Shown: piece by piece, positions 50,273 through 63,752 of the stretch
Layout: each line of letters opens with the position of its first letter
Numbering within the stretch: position 1 is the stretch's first letter
DNA from: Octopus vulgaris
Taxonomy: Eukaryota
Length of the DNA stretch: 64,000 bases
Assembly (NCBI GenBank): GCA_951406725.2
Contig: OX597821.1
Coordinates: 97,774,001-97,838,000, forward strand
Reading direction: 5' to 3'
The notes under the pieces: model-generated
Databases searched by the model: none
Told to the model about the DNA's origin: nothing
The model's input: only the letters and a program-made list of their open reading frames with translations
Position numbers and translations under genes: made by a program

Positions 50273-50791
50273 AATTTTTGTATACAGTGCTCAGGTGCAC
50301 CACAACTTGTCAGAAAGTACGTATAAAGTGTATGCAGTAATGTACAAATGTCTGGAAAACGAACAATGTATGAGTCAGATACATGCTTGTGCATGTATGG
50401 AGGGGAGAAAATCAGGTGTAGTGTTGGCGAATCTCAGAAAGCATGGAAGTTTTGAAGGATGCAGTACTCCGACAACTAACAACTGATGCCGGCAGTTTGT
50501 TCCATGCTTCAGCAACTCTCAGCGTGAAAAGATGTTTCCTAAAATCATGGGAGCTGTGCTGTTTTCTGACTTTGTAAATATGTCCATGGGTGTTAGACCG
50601 GTGGAGTTCGAAAAGGTGCTCAGAGTTATTGTTTGAAAGATGGTTAATAATTTTATGGGTGTCTGCCAAGTCAGCTGCCAGACGTCGGAGTTTCAATGTG
50701 TCCATGCCCAGGGAAGTAAGGCGTTCAGAATATGGCAAATGCCTGATGGAGGGTATTCTTTTGGTTGCACGTCACTGAACGGCTTCCAGAC
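50181..50791 (-). mobile_element. CR1-A LINE 3' fragment with long (ATT)n tail
   Basis: PYSERLTSLGMDTLKLRRL..EAWNKLP; same 3'UTR as 7228-7376. Confidence 0.9.
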
Positions 50792-51435
50792 AATTGAAAT
50801 AATACTTCTGCTTCTAGTTGTCAGGTTTGGGGTGGAGGAATCAACCTTTAAAGTTTCCTCCTTCCAGGAGCTGATAAATATATCTCAGAAACACTAATTG
50901 GAAATTCACTATTTCAGCACAGAAAAAAATTTGATGGTGACAGCTAAAACCTGATTCATTTATTATAATTAACAGCTAACAGATTAACTGAGTGATTAAA
51001 ATTTTAATGGATAATTTCAGACTAACAGAAAGATTTTTCTCAATCACTTCCGACATTCAGTAAGGAAATTTTCTGAAGCTGTCCATTAAAATAATATGCC
51101 ATCCGATGCAGTACATGGTAGATGAAGGGTGGGAGTGGAGGTAATATTCTGTGTTGCCTGTCATCACCAACAACATCATCATAATCATCATCATCAACAT
51201 CATCGTCATCACCATTATTAGCAGTAATTACTTTACTGTCAATTTCATCATTACCCTCCTCCTTATAATCATTATCATTGTTGCTATTATTATCACCACA
51301 ACCATCATCATCATCATCATCTCCACCACTGCCGTCAGCACTGTTGTCATCATCATCATCATCATCATCAATGCCATCGTTTTCCTTACCACCTCTGCTG
51401 CTTTACATGCTTTTGCTTTTATCTTATCGCCCACC

Positions 51436-51858
51436 TCATCATCATCATCATCATTGTTCGACCGTGGTCGAGACAATGGAATTTACCATGCTACGCCAGA
51501 CTTCATGGTCCATCATAGCATTACGGAGGTCATGTTGCTGGATACCTGTATCCCTGGAGATTACATCAGGGTAGGAGAGTGTGTGCCCTCTGATATTGCG
51601 AGTAGATGGCTTCCAGAAGAGAAGAGTAGAAATTGTCTCGTTTTCAGCTCTACAGCAATGTCCAGCAAACTGGACCCTCCTACCTTTCACAAGAGATGAC
51701 ACAGGTGGCAGTTTCCCATATATTTGCATTTTGGTTGGATGACGCTTCCACAAGAGATTTTGAGCTCTCATAAGGAGGCAAGTGTAGGTTCCATCCAACC
51801 GCCTCTCAAGCTTCTTTGATAACGTCCAGGTTTCTGAGCCATATAGTAGAATTGCCAA
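51436..51858 (-). mobile_element. RTE-type LINE 3' fragment
   Basis: ILLYGSETWTLSKKLERRLDG..RRVQFAGHCCR; (TGA)n tail. Confidence 0.85.
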
Positions 51859-52076
51859 CTATTGCCAATTACTCCCCAACTGATGGCTTCACCTCAAACA
51901 GCTTTGCCTTTTACTATCACACACTAGTTTTTTTTACACTCACAGACCTTACCTTTGACCACCTCTGCCACTGCCAACAACTCTCCTCCTGTCACCTCCC
52001 CATGCACTCCCTGTACTCTATCCATCATACTGCTGTTCTTTGTACTTTCCTGCCAATTCTGGTACTTCTGATCATT

Positions 52077-52146
<70 letters not shown>

Positions 52147-52974
52147 ATTCCCCTCCTTGATTACCTGAGCAAGTTTCATACCCGTACTCTCTGCATCTAC
52201 ATTTACACCCCTATCCCCACCTCACAAATACCCATTTCTGGTCTTTCTATCATCATTGGGCCCTCTCCTTTCCCCATTTCAGTCTGTACACTTTAGGTTA
52301 ATGAATGCTCTAGAAATTTACATTTATTGTGTCCAAGACTCTCCATCTGCTGTTCACAGTACGTAGCCAACTGAATGAGCAGAGAAAGTGTAATACTATG
52401 AAGTTCCTCCTGATCTTGTCTCACTAAGGATTATTTGACTTCTCTAGCATTGGCACTACAAGTGAATGCATCCAGCACATTATAAAGTAATTGAATACTA
52501 GGAAAGATATTCAGGTACCATCTTTAGAAGCTGTAGCTCCCAGTGGGAGATGACTTGAATTATATGGTGGCTCAGACCATAATGAAGTGACTCCAACCCA
52601 TGCCAGCATGGAAAAACGAGCATAAAACGATGATGATGATGATGATGCTCAGGAGGTGGAGAAGAAGGTGGATATGCTTCCTATAAATCTTGATCGTAGA
52701 TCATAACTCGAGAAGGCATTCAATACGTTCAGCACTATTTTTTGTCTTGAAAGTTGCTTGGAAACCTTGCTAGTGCTGGTGCCACATATAAGGCACCCAG
52801 TGCACTCTGTGAAGTGGTTAGCATTGGGAAGAGCATCCAGCTGAAGGAAACATGCCAAAGCTGACAGTAGAACTTTGTGCAGTCCTCTGGCTGCCCACCT
52901 CCTGCCAAACTGTCCAACCTGCCAGCATGGAAAACAGACATTAAGTGATGATGATGATGATGTGTATATATATA

Positions 52975-54670
52975 TGCATCGATTTGTTCTGGGAATTTCC
53001 AGTTTTGATGGTTCTCGACTCCAAAAGTTTTTTTACATAGTTCAATGCTTTTTTATGAACTTGCAGGCTACCACATAACTTCTGATAATCATGTACACAG
53101 AACATTTGGTCAGTAAACCAAACATCTGCCCAGGTGTAAGAGATGAATCAACAAACATTGAAAAGCAAAACTCTTTTTCTCATAGAAGAATAAATGCCAA
53201 AACGCTAGTATTGCTCAAGAATTCCATCTTGCATTACTTAAGTTGGATATTTTTTAAAACCTTACAGTAGGAAATTTGCAGGTTTCTTCAAAGAAATGAA
53301 AAACTCTGGTCAAACGAAATAGAAATTTCATGCCATCTCACCATCCTGCTGATTCAGTAATCTTTTTTTCACCATTGTTAAATTAGCCTAGAGTTTCTCG
53401 TAATTACTTAGAACCTCTGGGATGGATGTATATTCAGTATTGAGAGATGATTTTTTTTTTCTCCAAGTTCATTATCCATTACAACACGAAAAACTCTATC
53501 AAGGATATGATGCTGACAACCTATAAATTACAATTCTTTCAAACCCTTAGAGCAAGCAGTCTTTGCAACTGAATGACAATGCCATTTCTTTTCCAAGTGT
53601 TCACACTCATATCAGCGACAATCATCTTTATACAATTCCATAAATTGTATTCATCTAAAACAACTGTTATTCCTTTCACAACAGTATCAGCTTTTCCCTT
53701 TGGTAATTGGAGTGCGTCTAACTTAACTCTTCATTAACTGTTCATTCTTTAAAACTAGCACTTGGTATTCTTGGTCATCAATACATTTACCATCAAAATG
53801 CAATGACCAGTTTTTTTAAATGTAGTGTTTTCTTCACTTCCTTTTTTAATGTAAGAGTTTCTTTGGTAGTCGATCTGTAAATACCAGATTGGAAGGGAGT
53901 CTCAGCATTGATTCCATCTTGAGAAAATTGTCAATAAACTGTTACTGCATTTTGGGTTGATAGCTTGGAAGATATTACTAACTTGGTTGCAGTTCCAGTT
54001 TTGCTATACTTCCTCCTTATTTTTGTGGATTCTTCATTTGATTTTTAGGACTCTTGATATTCACTTTCAGTCTCTGCTTCAGACGTTCACGATAACACTG
54101 GAGTTGCTCTAGTTGAAGTTGGCATTAAGGACACTTTTCTTCTTTTTGATGTATGGATAGTTTTGGAACTGGCTGCCTTTCCAGTTCCATACCCAACCTG
54201 TACCTTGCTTTCAATTTGAAGATAATATAAACTTCTATCCTCACTGCACAGCCATTCACCGTTTCCCTTTGTGATGTCGAAAATTCCTTTCAATGAATCG
54301 TATTTTACCCAGTTTTACACATTTATCGTAGGAATTCAGCACTTTTTCTACTTTTGCTTGTACATTTTGAATTGGTAAATATGAGAAATTTAATTTCTTT
54401 TGCCATAAAAAAGTTACTTCTTTCAAAATTTCCTTTGTTCTTCCTCTCCTTCCTTTGATGGTACCTCCAAGGAACAGGTAGTGACTGACAATTTGAAGTT
54501 TCATTGGTATCCTGTAGTTGTTTTCCAAAGAATGCTCTTCCAGAGGAACAGGTCTTCTTTTCCTATGTGAGTCTTGAAATTGCATGAGATTCTTTGTCCA
54601 GATTTTTTTGCTTCTTTGAGTGAGACCAGCACTTCTCTTATGAGACATTATTTTAGATACTCTAGTTGGA
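52975..54670 (-). mobile_element. Degenerate DNA transposase, Sola2-like (tentative)
   Basis: Minus-strand pieces EVTFLWQK..AKVEKVL, LHFDGK..YQVLVLK, LPKGKADTVVKGI..IKMIVAD, CQHHILDRVF; superfamily assignment is inference. Confidence 0.5.
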
Positions 54671-54714
54671 TAAGCCTACTATTCTGAAACACAGTTAATA
54701 TAGTCAACAAGCTT

Positions 54715-55358
54715 ATGGCAATGAATCAATGGGTTGCATGCAATGTTTTGAGTTGCACAGGGGCTTCAAAAGCAGAAGAACATCCCTGGAAGATGACGAG
54801 CGATGTGGAAGACCTGCCACGAGCATCACCCACCAGAAATGTGGAGAAAATTCTTCAGCTTTTATGCATGAGGATCATTGGGGGACAATCACTGGGGGAC
54901 AATCAACGATGTTTTGAAGCATTTGAGGGAGGACATTTGGTGAAAGCGACCGAATCTGTGGAGCGCAAAGAATTGGATTCTTCACAACAACAATGCACCC
55001 TGTCATCAAGCTTTCCTCATTCATAAGTTTCTCGTTAAAAACAAGATGGTATTGCTTTTGCACCTGCCTTATTCACCAGATTTAGCACCTGCACACTTCC
55101 ACCTCTTCTCCAAGATGAAAAGGCACCTTAGAGATCACCGTTTTAACACCATTGTCGAGATCTGGAGTGAATTGCAGAAAGTCCTTGACTTGCTTGCAGA
55201 AAACAACATCCAGGCTGGAATCCAAAAGTGGCAGGAATGTTAAGACTGGTGTATGGCTGCACAAGGTGATTATTTCAAAGGTGATGTTGTTAAAACTGAG
55301 GTAAATAAGGTATCTTTTATTAAACATAGCTAGTCTGGGAACCTTTTGATACCACTGC
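54715..55358 (+). mobile_element. Internally deleted mariner fragment
   Basis: FKSRRTSLEDDERCGRPATS..HLPYSPDLAPAHFHLFSKMK..KWQEC. Confidence 0.75.
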
Positions 55359-55395
55359 ATATATAATAGCTTTAATAGTAGATCACAGCATACAT

Positions 55396-56088
55396 TTCTG
55401 CACCACACATCAGCTTCAAGTGGCTGATTTTATATTCATATTCCATTATATTCTTTATAATTACTATATACTCTTTTACTTGTTTCAGTCATTTGACTGC
55501 GGCCATGCTGGAGCACCGCCTTTAGTCGAGCAAATCGACCCCAGGACTTATTCCTTTGTAAGCCCAGTACTTATTCTATCGGTCTCTTTTGCCAAACTGA
55601 TAAGTTATGGGGACGTAAACACACCAGCAATGCTAGGGGGGCAAACACAGACACACAAACACACACACACATACATACATATACATATATATACACATAT
55701 ACGACGGGCTTCTTTCAGTTTCTGTCTACGAATTCCACTCACAAGGCATTGGTCAGCCCGAGGCTATAGCAGAAGACACTTGCCCAAGATGCCACGCAGT
55801 GGGACTGAACCAGGAACCATGTGGTTGGTTAGCAAGCTACTTACCACACAGCTACTCCTGCGCCTATATAGTTGAATATTTTTCCAGCAACCATCATGTT
55901 TGGGTGGTTCATCAAGTGGAATATGATTAAGCACAAAGCTTTATTGTATTCCACTCAATGAAGCAAAGTGCCTACACGTGGCTGTTGCTGAAAAAATATT
56001 CAACTATGTAGTAATTCTGAAGAATAATCTTGTATGATGGTATATGAATATAAAATCAGTAACTTAAATCTGGTGTGCAGTGCAGAAA
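55396..56088. repeat. Diverged fold-back element interrupted by SINE A
   Basis: TTTCTGCAC..CTGATTTTATATTCATAT..ATTACTA[SINE]TAGTTGAATATTTTTCCAGCAAC..GTGGAATA is mirrored by TATTCCAC..GTTGCTGAAAAAATATTCAACTA..ATATGAATATAAAATCAG..GTGCAGAAA. Confidence 0.7.
55470..55866 (-). mobile_element. SINE A, full length
   Basis: Reverse-complement head, body and tail; TATATA on both sides. Confidence 0.9.
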
Positions 56089-56324
56089 CAAATGTGATCT
56101 TCTATTAACGTCTGATATCCTCCAGCCTCATGTTATATTATTCTTATATTGTTCTTATATTAATTTTATGTATAGAGGAGTTTCACATATGTACCCTACC
56201 CTATGAAATATCCTACTGTAGAATCACGTGTGGTAGCCAGATTACAGCATAGGAGCTCTTAAATGCACATTACAAGGCTTTTATCCAAATCATACTAAAT
56301 ATATATATATGTATGAATATTTTA

Positions 56325-56555
56325 ATTCTTTATTGCCCACAAGGGGCTAAACACAGAGGGGACAAACAAGGACAGACAAAGGGACTAAATTGATTACATC
56401 GACCCCAGTGCATAACTGGTACTTATTTAATCGACCCCGAAAGGATGAAAGGCAAAGTCGACCTCGGCAGAATTTGAACTCACAATGTAACAGCAGACGA
56501 AATACTGCTAAGCATTTCGCCTGACGTGCTAACGATTCTGCCAGCCCACCGCCTT
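56325..56555 (-). mobile_element. SINE B
   Basis: Near-identical to 310-540. Confidence 0.85.
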
Positions 56556-58101
56556 TATGTATATATGTATGTATTATTACTTGCATTCATACATACACGC
56601 ACCCTTGTATGTATATGGTACAACTCTAAGCACAAGATGGTGCTCTACCAATGGACATATGTTTACTATAGAACATTCATCTATCAAAGAACACTGGTTT
56701 GTGATGTTAGTCTATCATATACTGATACTTCCTCCCCAAGATACTAAGAACATCATAAGAACGCTTTAATGGTGCAAATTCTAATTAACAAGTTAGTCAT
56801 AGAGATTATCTTCAATGGGCTGATGGCAAATAAAGTATGGACATTACTAAAACAATAACATCATCAACAATTGTTGCAGTAATCATAACAAAATCAACAA
56901 ATAGCAACTTCAATACAATGACCATAATAACAACTACATCAACAACAGCAAAAAATAACAAAACAAAAATTTTAAATATTGTTAAAAAAAAAACGACAAA
57001 CACTATTTAATGAAAAAAAACTTAGCAGCAAAAAATATGATCTAGAATTTCTTGATTCCAGTAATATTTAAAGAATCAATAATGAATGCTGGTTGGCTTG
57101 TTGGTTGGTTGGTCGGTCGGGGCAGTAGGGGGATGGGGGGAATGGCAGTGGATGGAATAGAAGAGAGAATGGTATCGATGGAAAGAGGCTTGTAGAGGAG
57201 CCGGGGCGGGGTGGGGGGGTGGGGAATATAAAATAAATGAATAAATGAATTAATAAATGAATAAGCCCACTGACTTGCTGGCTTGGCTGTGACTGGCTGG
57301 CACCAAGTTAATAACCAAAGCAGAGAATAGTAAAAATCTTAGACGTTTTTTTTATTACCCTCACCTCTCACACCCACACCATGTAGAAAATCTCAGAGTT
57401 TCAATACAAGTGTAACATAGTTTCTGCACTGATTTCAACTGCATTTATTGATTGTTGCTGTTGTTATTGTTGTTGTTGTTGTTGTTGTTGTTGTTTCTGT
57501 TTAGTCAAATGTTAGCTTTGATTGAACACACCAGTGATCGACAGCATTTGAAAGCCAACACTAGAGACATGGGATGATCATGGTTGGAATGCTTTAAATC
57601 ATATGGATATTGATCAGATTAAACCTGACCTTGAGGGAGTCCCAGATTTTGCTCCCTTCCAAACATTTTGCCAACAAATTTCTTTGTAATTATAATCTAC
57701 ACTGTTTGAAAGGTATCTGTATAAATTTCATCAAAAATTACCTATTTTCCAGAAAGTTATGAGGTGGGGAAATGTCTGGTTCTGTGAATTCTCCAACCCC
57801 TCAGAAAATTTTTTCCAACAAATCTTTACATACATTCAATCTACAAGGTATAAGCGATTATTTGGTGAAAGTTTCATTAAAAAGTATCCATTTTTTTCTG
57901 GAAGTTATGAGGCAACAAATTCAGTGGGGTATGAAACTGTAGTTATGCCTTTTTCCAATACATGTTAACATTAACAGATTAACATTAGCTTCCGTTACAT
58001 TTTCAAAGAACCAACGCATTAACAATTAACGAAGTTAACTTTTTGATTAACAGTGCCCATCTCTGTATGAATGTATGTATGTATGTATGTATGTATGTAT
58101 A

Positions 58102-58511
58102 GGCACAGGAGTGGCTGTGTGGTAAGTAGCTTACTTACCAACCACATGGTTCTGGGTTCAGTCCCACTGCATGGCACCTTTGGCAAGTGTCTTCAACTAT
58201 AGCCTCGGGCCGACCAAAGCCTTGTGAGTGGATTTGGTAGACGGAAACTGAAAGAAGCCCGTCGTATATATGTATATATATATATGTGTGTGCGTGTATG
58301 TTTGTGTGTCTGTATTTGTCCCCCTAGCATTGCTTGACAACCGATGCTGGTGTGTTTATGTCCCCGTCACTTAGCGGTTTGGCAAAGGAGACCGATAGAA
58401 TAAGTACTGGGCTTACAAAGAATAAGTCCCAGGGTCGAGTTGCTCGATTAAAGGCGGTGCTCCAGCATGGCCGCTGTCAAATGACTGAAACAAGTAAAAG
58501 AGTAAAAGAGT
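58102..58511 (+). mobile_element. SINE A, full length, in (TATG)n
   Basis: Complete head, body and tail. Confidence 0.9.
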
Positions 58512-58861
58512 ATGTATGTATGTATGTATCTGTATAATTATGCCTGTATCTCCTTGCATTTACATTGTGAAATAGTTGTGTTGCTGTTAAACAAGCAGTA
58601 TCATTCATTTCAAATATTCTGGAAAAATATGTCCGGCCATGGGAAAATATTACCTTGCTTGGAAACAGGGGAAGGTTGGTGGCAGAAAAGACATCCAACC
58701 ATAGAAAGTCTGCCTCAGAAAAAGTCTGTCTAATCCATGCAAGCAAGTGAAAGTGAAAGTTAAAATGATGATGGGAATGATGATGATGATGGGGTATTCA
58801 AGCAATTTCCCAAAGATTCATTTAATGATTCCACAATGTATAATGTTTTAAATTTAATTAA

Positions 58862-59083
58862 CCCTTTTAATACCAACCTGCCCCAAACTGCCCTTGGTTC
58901 TATGATGCAAACTTCCTTTTTTTAGATGATCTAAATTAAAAGCTTCCATCAAAATTCCATGTTAATTTAAGTTTCAGACACCAGCTTAGTAACAACAAAA
59001 CGATCTTTGTAAATACTTTATTATTTTCGAAATTAATTCAAACAAAACACAATGTTTGCAACAGAAATTTGGTAAGGAAAAAG
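58862..59083. mobile_element. piggyBac-like MITE (diverged)
   Basis: TTAA|CCCTTT..ACCAACC..; related to 63532-63752. Confidence 0.6.
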
Positions 59084-59421
59084 TTAAATGATTAACTTCG
59101 TATTTTAATGAGAAATTTGTTTCTGCTTTGCTTTGGGATGTTAAACAGAATTGATAGCAATTCTTTGGTGGTTTTTGAAGACTATTAATCATATGTCAAA
59201 TATGTTAATGTTTCATGATTAGATTTAGATTGGACTGAAGGGACAGCAATTCTTTGGTGGTTTTCAAGACTATTGATCATAAGTCAATTATGTGAATAGA
59301 TGCTGGTTAAATTTAATGTTGAAGAAAACCATTTATATTGTAAATGGTAGCAAGCAGTGATGCAATATGCAATGTATGATTCTTCAGATAAGGATATTTT
59401 TTAATATCTATATGAGATACC

Positions 59422-59836
59422 CTCTTTTTACTTCTTTACTCTTTTACTTGTTTCAGTCATTTGACTGCGGCCATGCTGGAGCACCGCCTTTAATCGAGCA
59501 GCTCGACCCCGGGACTTATTCTTTGTAAGCCCAGTACTTATTCTATCGGTCTCTTTTGCCGAGCCGCTAAGTGACGGGGACATAAACACACCAGCATCGG
59601 TTGTCAAGCAATGCTAGGGGGACAAAAACAAACATACATGCACACATATATATACATATATATACATATATACGACGGCTTCTTTCAGTTTCTGTCTACC
59701 AAATCCACTCACAAGGCTTTGGTCGGCCCGAGGCTATAGTAGAAGACACTTGCCCAAGGTGCCACACAGTGGGACTGAACCCGGAACCATGTGGTTGGTA
59801 AACAAGCTACTTACCACACTGCCACTCTTGCACCTG
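59422..59836 (-). mobile_element. SINE A, full length
   Basis: Reverse-complement head, body and tail. Confidence 0.9.
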
Positions 59837-60195
59837 TTTAAAGATGCTACATACTTCCATCTTTCATCAAACATTTTCTCCGACAGACACCTCTTCTCCA
59901 GCCTCACTTTCCTTTGCAAATGGAAAATGAAATACCTTTGTAAGGTAAGGCCAGAGATGAAGCTGGCTGCCTTTGCTTCTTTCATCCTTGTCTTCCACAC
60001 CACCTCTTTTGCTATTGCTACTACAGTGAGAAAACAATTCTTACTTTCATTTGACAAAAATTCAGGTGGGTCAATATTTATAATTGACTCAGTCGACAGC
60101 TGTACACTTCCTGCACTGGACAACGGATGTCCTGCATAAGCCCACATCTCCAACACCTCTGGACACTGAACAATAGCGTGTGGGATGGATTCCCT
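59837..60195 (-). mobile_element. Tx1/L1-clade ORF2 C-terminal fragment
   Basis: ESIPHAIVQCP..MW..AIAKEVVWKTR..F..RW, resembling the C-terminus after the L1/Tx1 zinc knuckle. Confidence 0.6.
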
Positions 60196-60740
60196 ATGGG
60201 TTCTACTCTCGACTGCTAATGCAAAACTTTTCATCTCTTCATTATTATTTTCTTTTTGTACACTCAGTATGTCAGTTACTCTTTTCAACACCATATTTGA
60301 CTTTTCTTTTGTGGTGCCAGACAGCAGACTTGGAAATTCTTCCTCTGTATCTGAAGGAGATCCTTCAGTGGCACTTGATACATCTTCAAACATATTTCCT
60401 TTTGGCTTATCACCACATGACATTTCTATTTTTCTGACCACGATAATTGTAATTATTATTCCCCCCAATGGGAGAATGAATAACAAATGCTGTTGTTGCT
60501 GCCATAGTATTGCTGTGTTCTCATAATGTTATCTATTGAACAAAGTATTATGTTGAGTATTATTTGGTGTTCTAGAGCTAATGTCTGTTTCATTACTAGT
60601 ATTATTGTTGTTGTTACTATCTCTTAAACTATTTTTATCTTTATTAAGTTTTCGTCTATTAGAGCTGGTGATAATTGATCCTATGTTCGGCAATGTAGAA
60701 AAAGATATTTTGATTGTTGATCTATTAAATATATGGTAAT

Positions 60741-61070
60741 CATCATCATCATCATCGTTTAACGTCCGTTCTCCATGCTAGCATGGGTTGGACGGTTTGA
60801 CCGAGGATCTGGGAAGCCAGAAGGCTGCACCAGGCTCCAGTCTTATCTGGCAATGTTTCTACAGCTGGATGCCCTTCCCAACGCCAACCACTCCGTGAGT
60901 GTAGTGGGTGCTTTTTACATGCCACCTGCACAGGTGCCAGGCGAGGCTGGCAACGGCCACGGTCGGATTGGTGCATTTTACATGCCACCGGCACGGAAGC
61001 CAGTCGAGGCGGCGCTGGCATCGGCCACGATTTGGATAGTGCTTTTTACGTACCACCAGTCCAGGGGTCC
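60741..61070 (-). mobile_element. SINE C 3' part
   Basis: (CAT)n tail, conserved domain and three tandem units. Confidence 0.85.
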
Positions 61071-61403
61071 TGGTAATACCTATGATTATTAGGAAAGCTA
61101 TTTTTGACTATGTTTAGAAATTGTTTTGTTAATCCTTTAACATTTATTTCCACTCCTACTAGGTAATTTATTATAGCTATATACTGATTTTGGAATTTGC
61201 ATAGTATTTCATGAGTGTTTTTTGCTATTACTATATTTGGTTCTATGTCTACCATGACACTTTCTAGGTATTTTGTCATGTTTTACAGAGGTTTCATCTC
61301 TTTGTATTGATTGAATATTATTGTTAGAGGTAAGGTTAGTTGTATTTCTTAGTTTAGTATTATGTGTAGTTTAGTTTAGTTCCATTTGTGCTATCTTTTA
61401 TAT

Positions 61404-61821
61404 ACTCTTTACTCTTTACTCTTTTACTTGTTTCAGTCATTTGACTGCGGCCATGCTGGAGCACCGCCTTTTAGTCAAGCAAATCGACCCTGGGACTTAT
61501 TATTTGTAAGCCCAGTACTTATTCTATCAGTCTCTTTTGCCGAACCGCTAAGTGACGGGGACGTAAACACACCAGCATCGGTTGTCAAGCAATGTTAAGG
61601 GGACAAACACAGACACACAAACACACACATACACACATATATATATATACATATATACGACAGGCTTCTTTCAGTTTCTGTCTACCAAATCCACTCTCAA
61701 GGCATTGGTCAGCCCGGGGCTATAGCAGAAGACACTTGCCCAAGATGCCACGCAGTAGGACTGAACCCGGAACCATGTGGTTGGTTAGCAAGCTACTTAC
61801 CACACAGCCACTCCTGCGCCT
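61404..61821 (-). mobile_element. SINE A, full length
   Basis: Reverse-complement head, body and tail. Confidence 0.9.
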
Positions 61822-62510
61822 ATGTTTAATATTTTGTTGTATATGTTTAATATTTTGTTGACAAAATGTTCCAATGTTGACAAATTAACATGTTCAAAAC
61901 AGAAGGTATAAGTCTGAATGTTCATAGAAGTCAATAAAATTAAAACTGTATATCAATTTGTTTGAATGTACAAAGTTCATTAATTTTAGTGGTGGTCAAC
62001 AAGTCATACTGAAAAAAGCAAGTGTGAAATGAAAATAGTAAAAAAATGGGAATTTGGTTTACAATTTTTCTGAGCCTCTTCTAATAGACACTTTCCCTTG
62101 TAGTGGTATGTTTTGGGATTAGATAAACTTATAATTTTTTTCCGAAAGTGGATCTGATTTTTGATTCCTTAAAATTCTGGTGACGTTTTTTTTTATGTGG
62201 TCAAGCTTGTCGTTCTGCTTGGTTGGTTTCCTTGTGGATAAGTCGTTCTGGTTGGTTGGTTCTATTAAAGGGTCATTTCATTGTATTTGCTGAAGTTCAG
62301 TTAGGTCTTTGTGAACATGTTAATTTATCAACATTGAAACATTTTAATTTGTCAACATTGAAACTCTTAAAGATATTTTTTCTAATTTTAAACTTTTGCC
62401 ATTGATAAACAAAAAATATTGTTGAAACTAGTTTGGTGTATATGTAAATAAATGTATTTTAAACATTTACGAGTTTTTGAAATTTAGGTGCATTTTCAAC
62501 AACACATTTT

Positions 62511-62549
<39 letters not shown>

Positions 62550-62552
<3 letters not shown>

Positions 62553-62936
62553 CCGGTGACACATAAAAAGCACCATCCGAACGTGACTGATGCCAACCCT
62601 GCCTCGAATGGCTTCTGTGCTGGTGGCACATAAAAAGCACCATCCGAATGTGGCCGATGCCAGCACTGCCTTGACTGGCTTCTGTGCCGGTAACACATAA
62701 AAAAAAGCACCAACCGATCGTGGCCGATGCCAGACCCCTCTGGCACCTGTGCAGGTGGCACGTAAAAAGCACCCACTACACTCGCGGAGTGGTTGGCATT
62801 AGGAAGGGCATCCAGCTGTAGAAACACTGCCAGATCAGACTGGAGCCTGGGGCAGCCCCTGGCTCCCCAGACCCCGGTCGAACCGTCCAACCCGTGCTAG
62901 CGTGGAAAATGGACGTTAAACGATGATGATGATGAT
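62550..62936 (+). mobile_element. SINE C 3' part with four tandem units
   Basis: TGTGCCGGTG(G)CAC(A/G)TAAAAAGCACC x4, conserved domain and (GAT)n tail. Confidence 0.85.
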
Positions 62937-62939
62937 ATA

Positions 62940-62975
<36 letters not shown>

Positions 62976-63531
62976 TGTATGTATGTATGCATGTATGCAT
63001 GTATGTATGTATCTATGTATGTATGTATGTATGTGTGTGCGTGCATGCATGCGTGTGTGTAAATAATCATATATGGCTAGTGATACAGACCAAAAACCAA
63101 AGAATCCACATCACACAATTATTTTTGATCCTCTTATTCCAACATAAGAATGTAACCCATGACTTTTAATGAGAAATGAAATTATTTGAATTGAAGAAGA
63201 TCAATGATATCATTATTGAAACATTGCAAACAAAAGTGAATGATCATATTTCAATGTTTGTTTAATTAAGAAAAAATTATATTGATCTGAATGGATTAAA
63301 ACAGAAAACAAACTCCTTTGTTCTATGTATGTTTAGAATGAAGTTATTAGGGAGTCCAACAAAGCACTTTGAAGAAGCCAAAAATGGGTGTATAGAGTGG
63401 TGTATGAATTGAAGCCTTATAGATGAATACAAGAGATCACTATTGAATATTACTCAGCATATGTGAGGTGATGCATTTCATGATCTTTCGTAGATTAAAT
63501 AGGAATAAATAGGTGATCAATGTCACCTTAA

Positions 63532-63752
63532 CCCTTTCATTACCAACCCGGCCAAAACCACCTCTAGCTCTGTAGTACAAATGTCTTATTTTCATAAGTT
63601 TTGAATTAAAATCTTCCACCAAACCTTAGTCACAATTAATGTTCCTAACACTAGCTGAATAATAACTAAGTTATTTTACTAAATTCTTTGTTATAGTTAA
63701 AGTAATTGAAAGAAACACAGAGCATCTCAAAATAAATACAGTAACAAAAGGG
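63532..63752. mobile_element. piggyBac-like MITE
   Basis: TTAA|CCCTTTCATTAC...GTAACAAAAGGG|TTAA. Confidence 0.75.

Noticed and set aside
57105-57225. G-rich potential quadruplex
   Set aside because: Low-complexity G runs with no supporting promoter or gene context.
59157-59294. ~48-bp direct repeat pair
   Set aside because: An ordinary local tandem duplication with no further structure.
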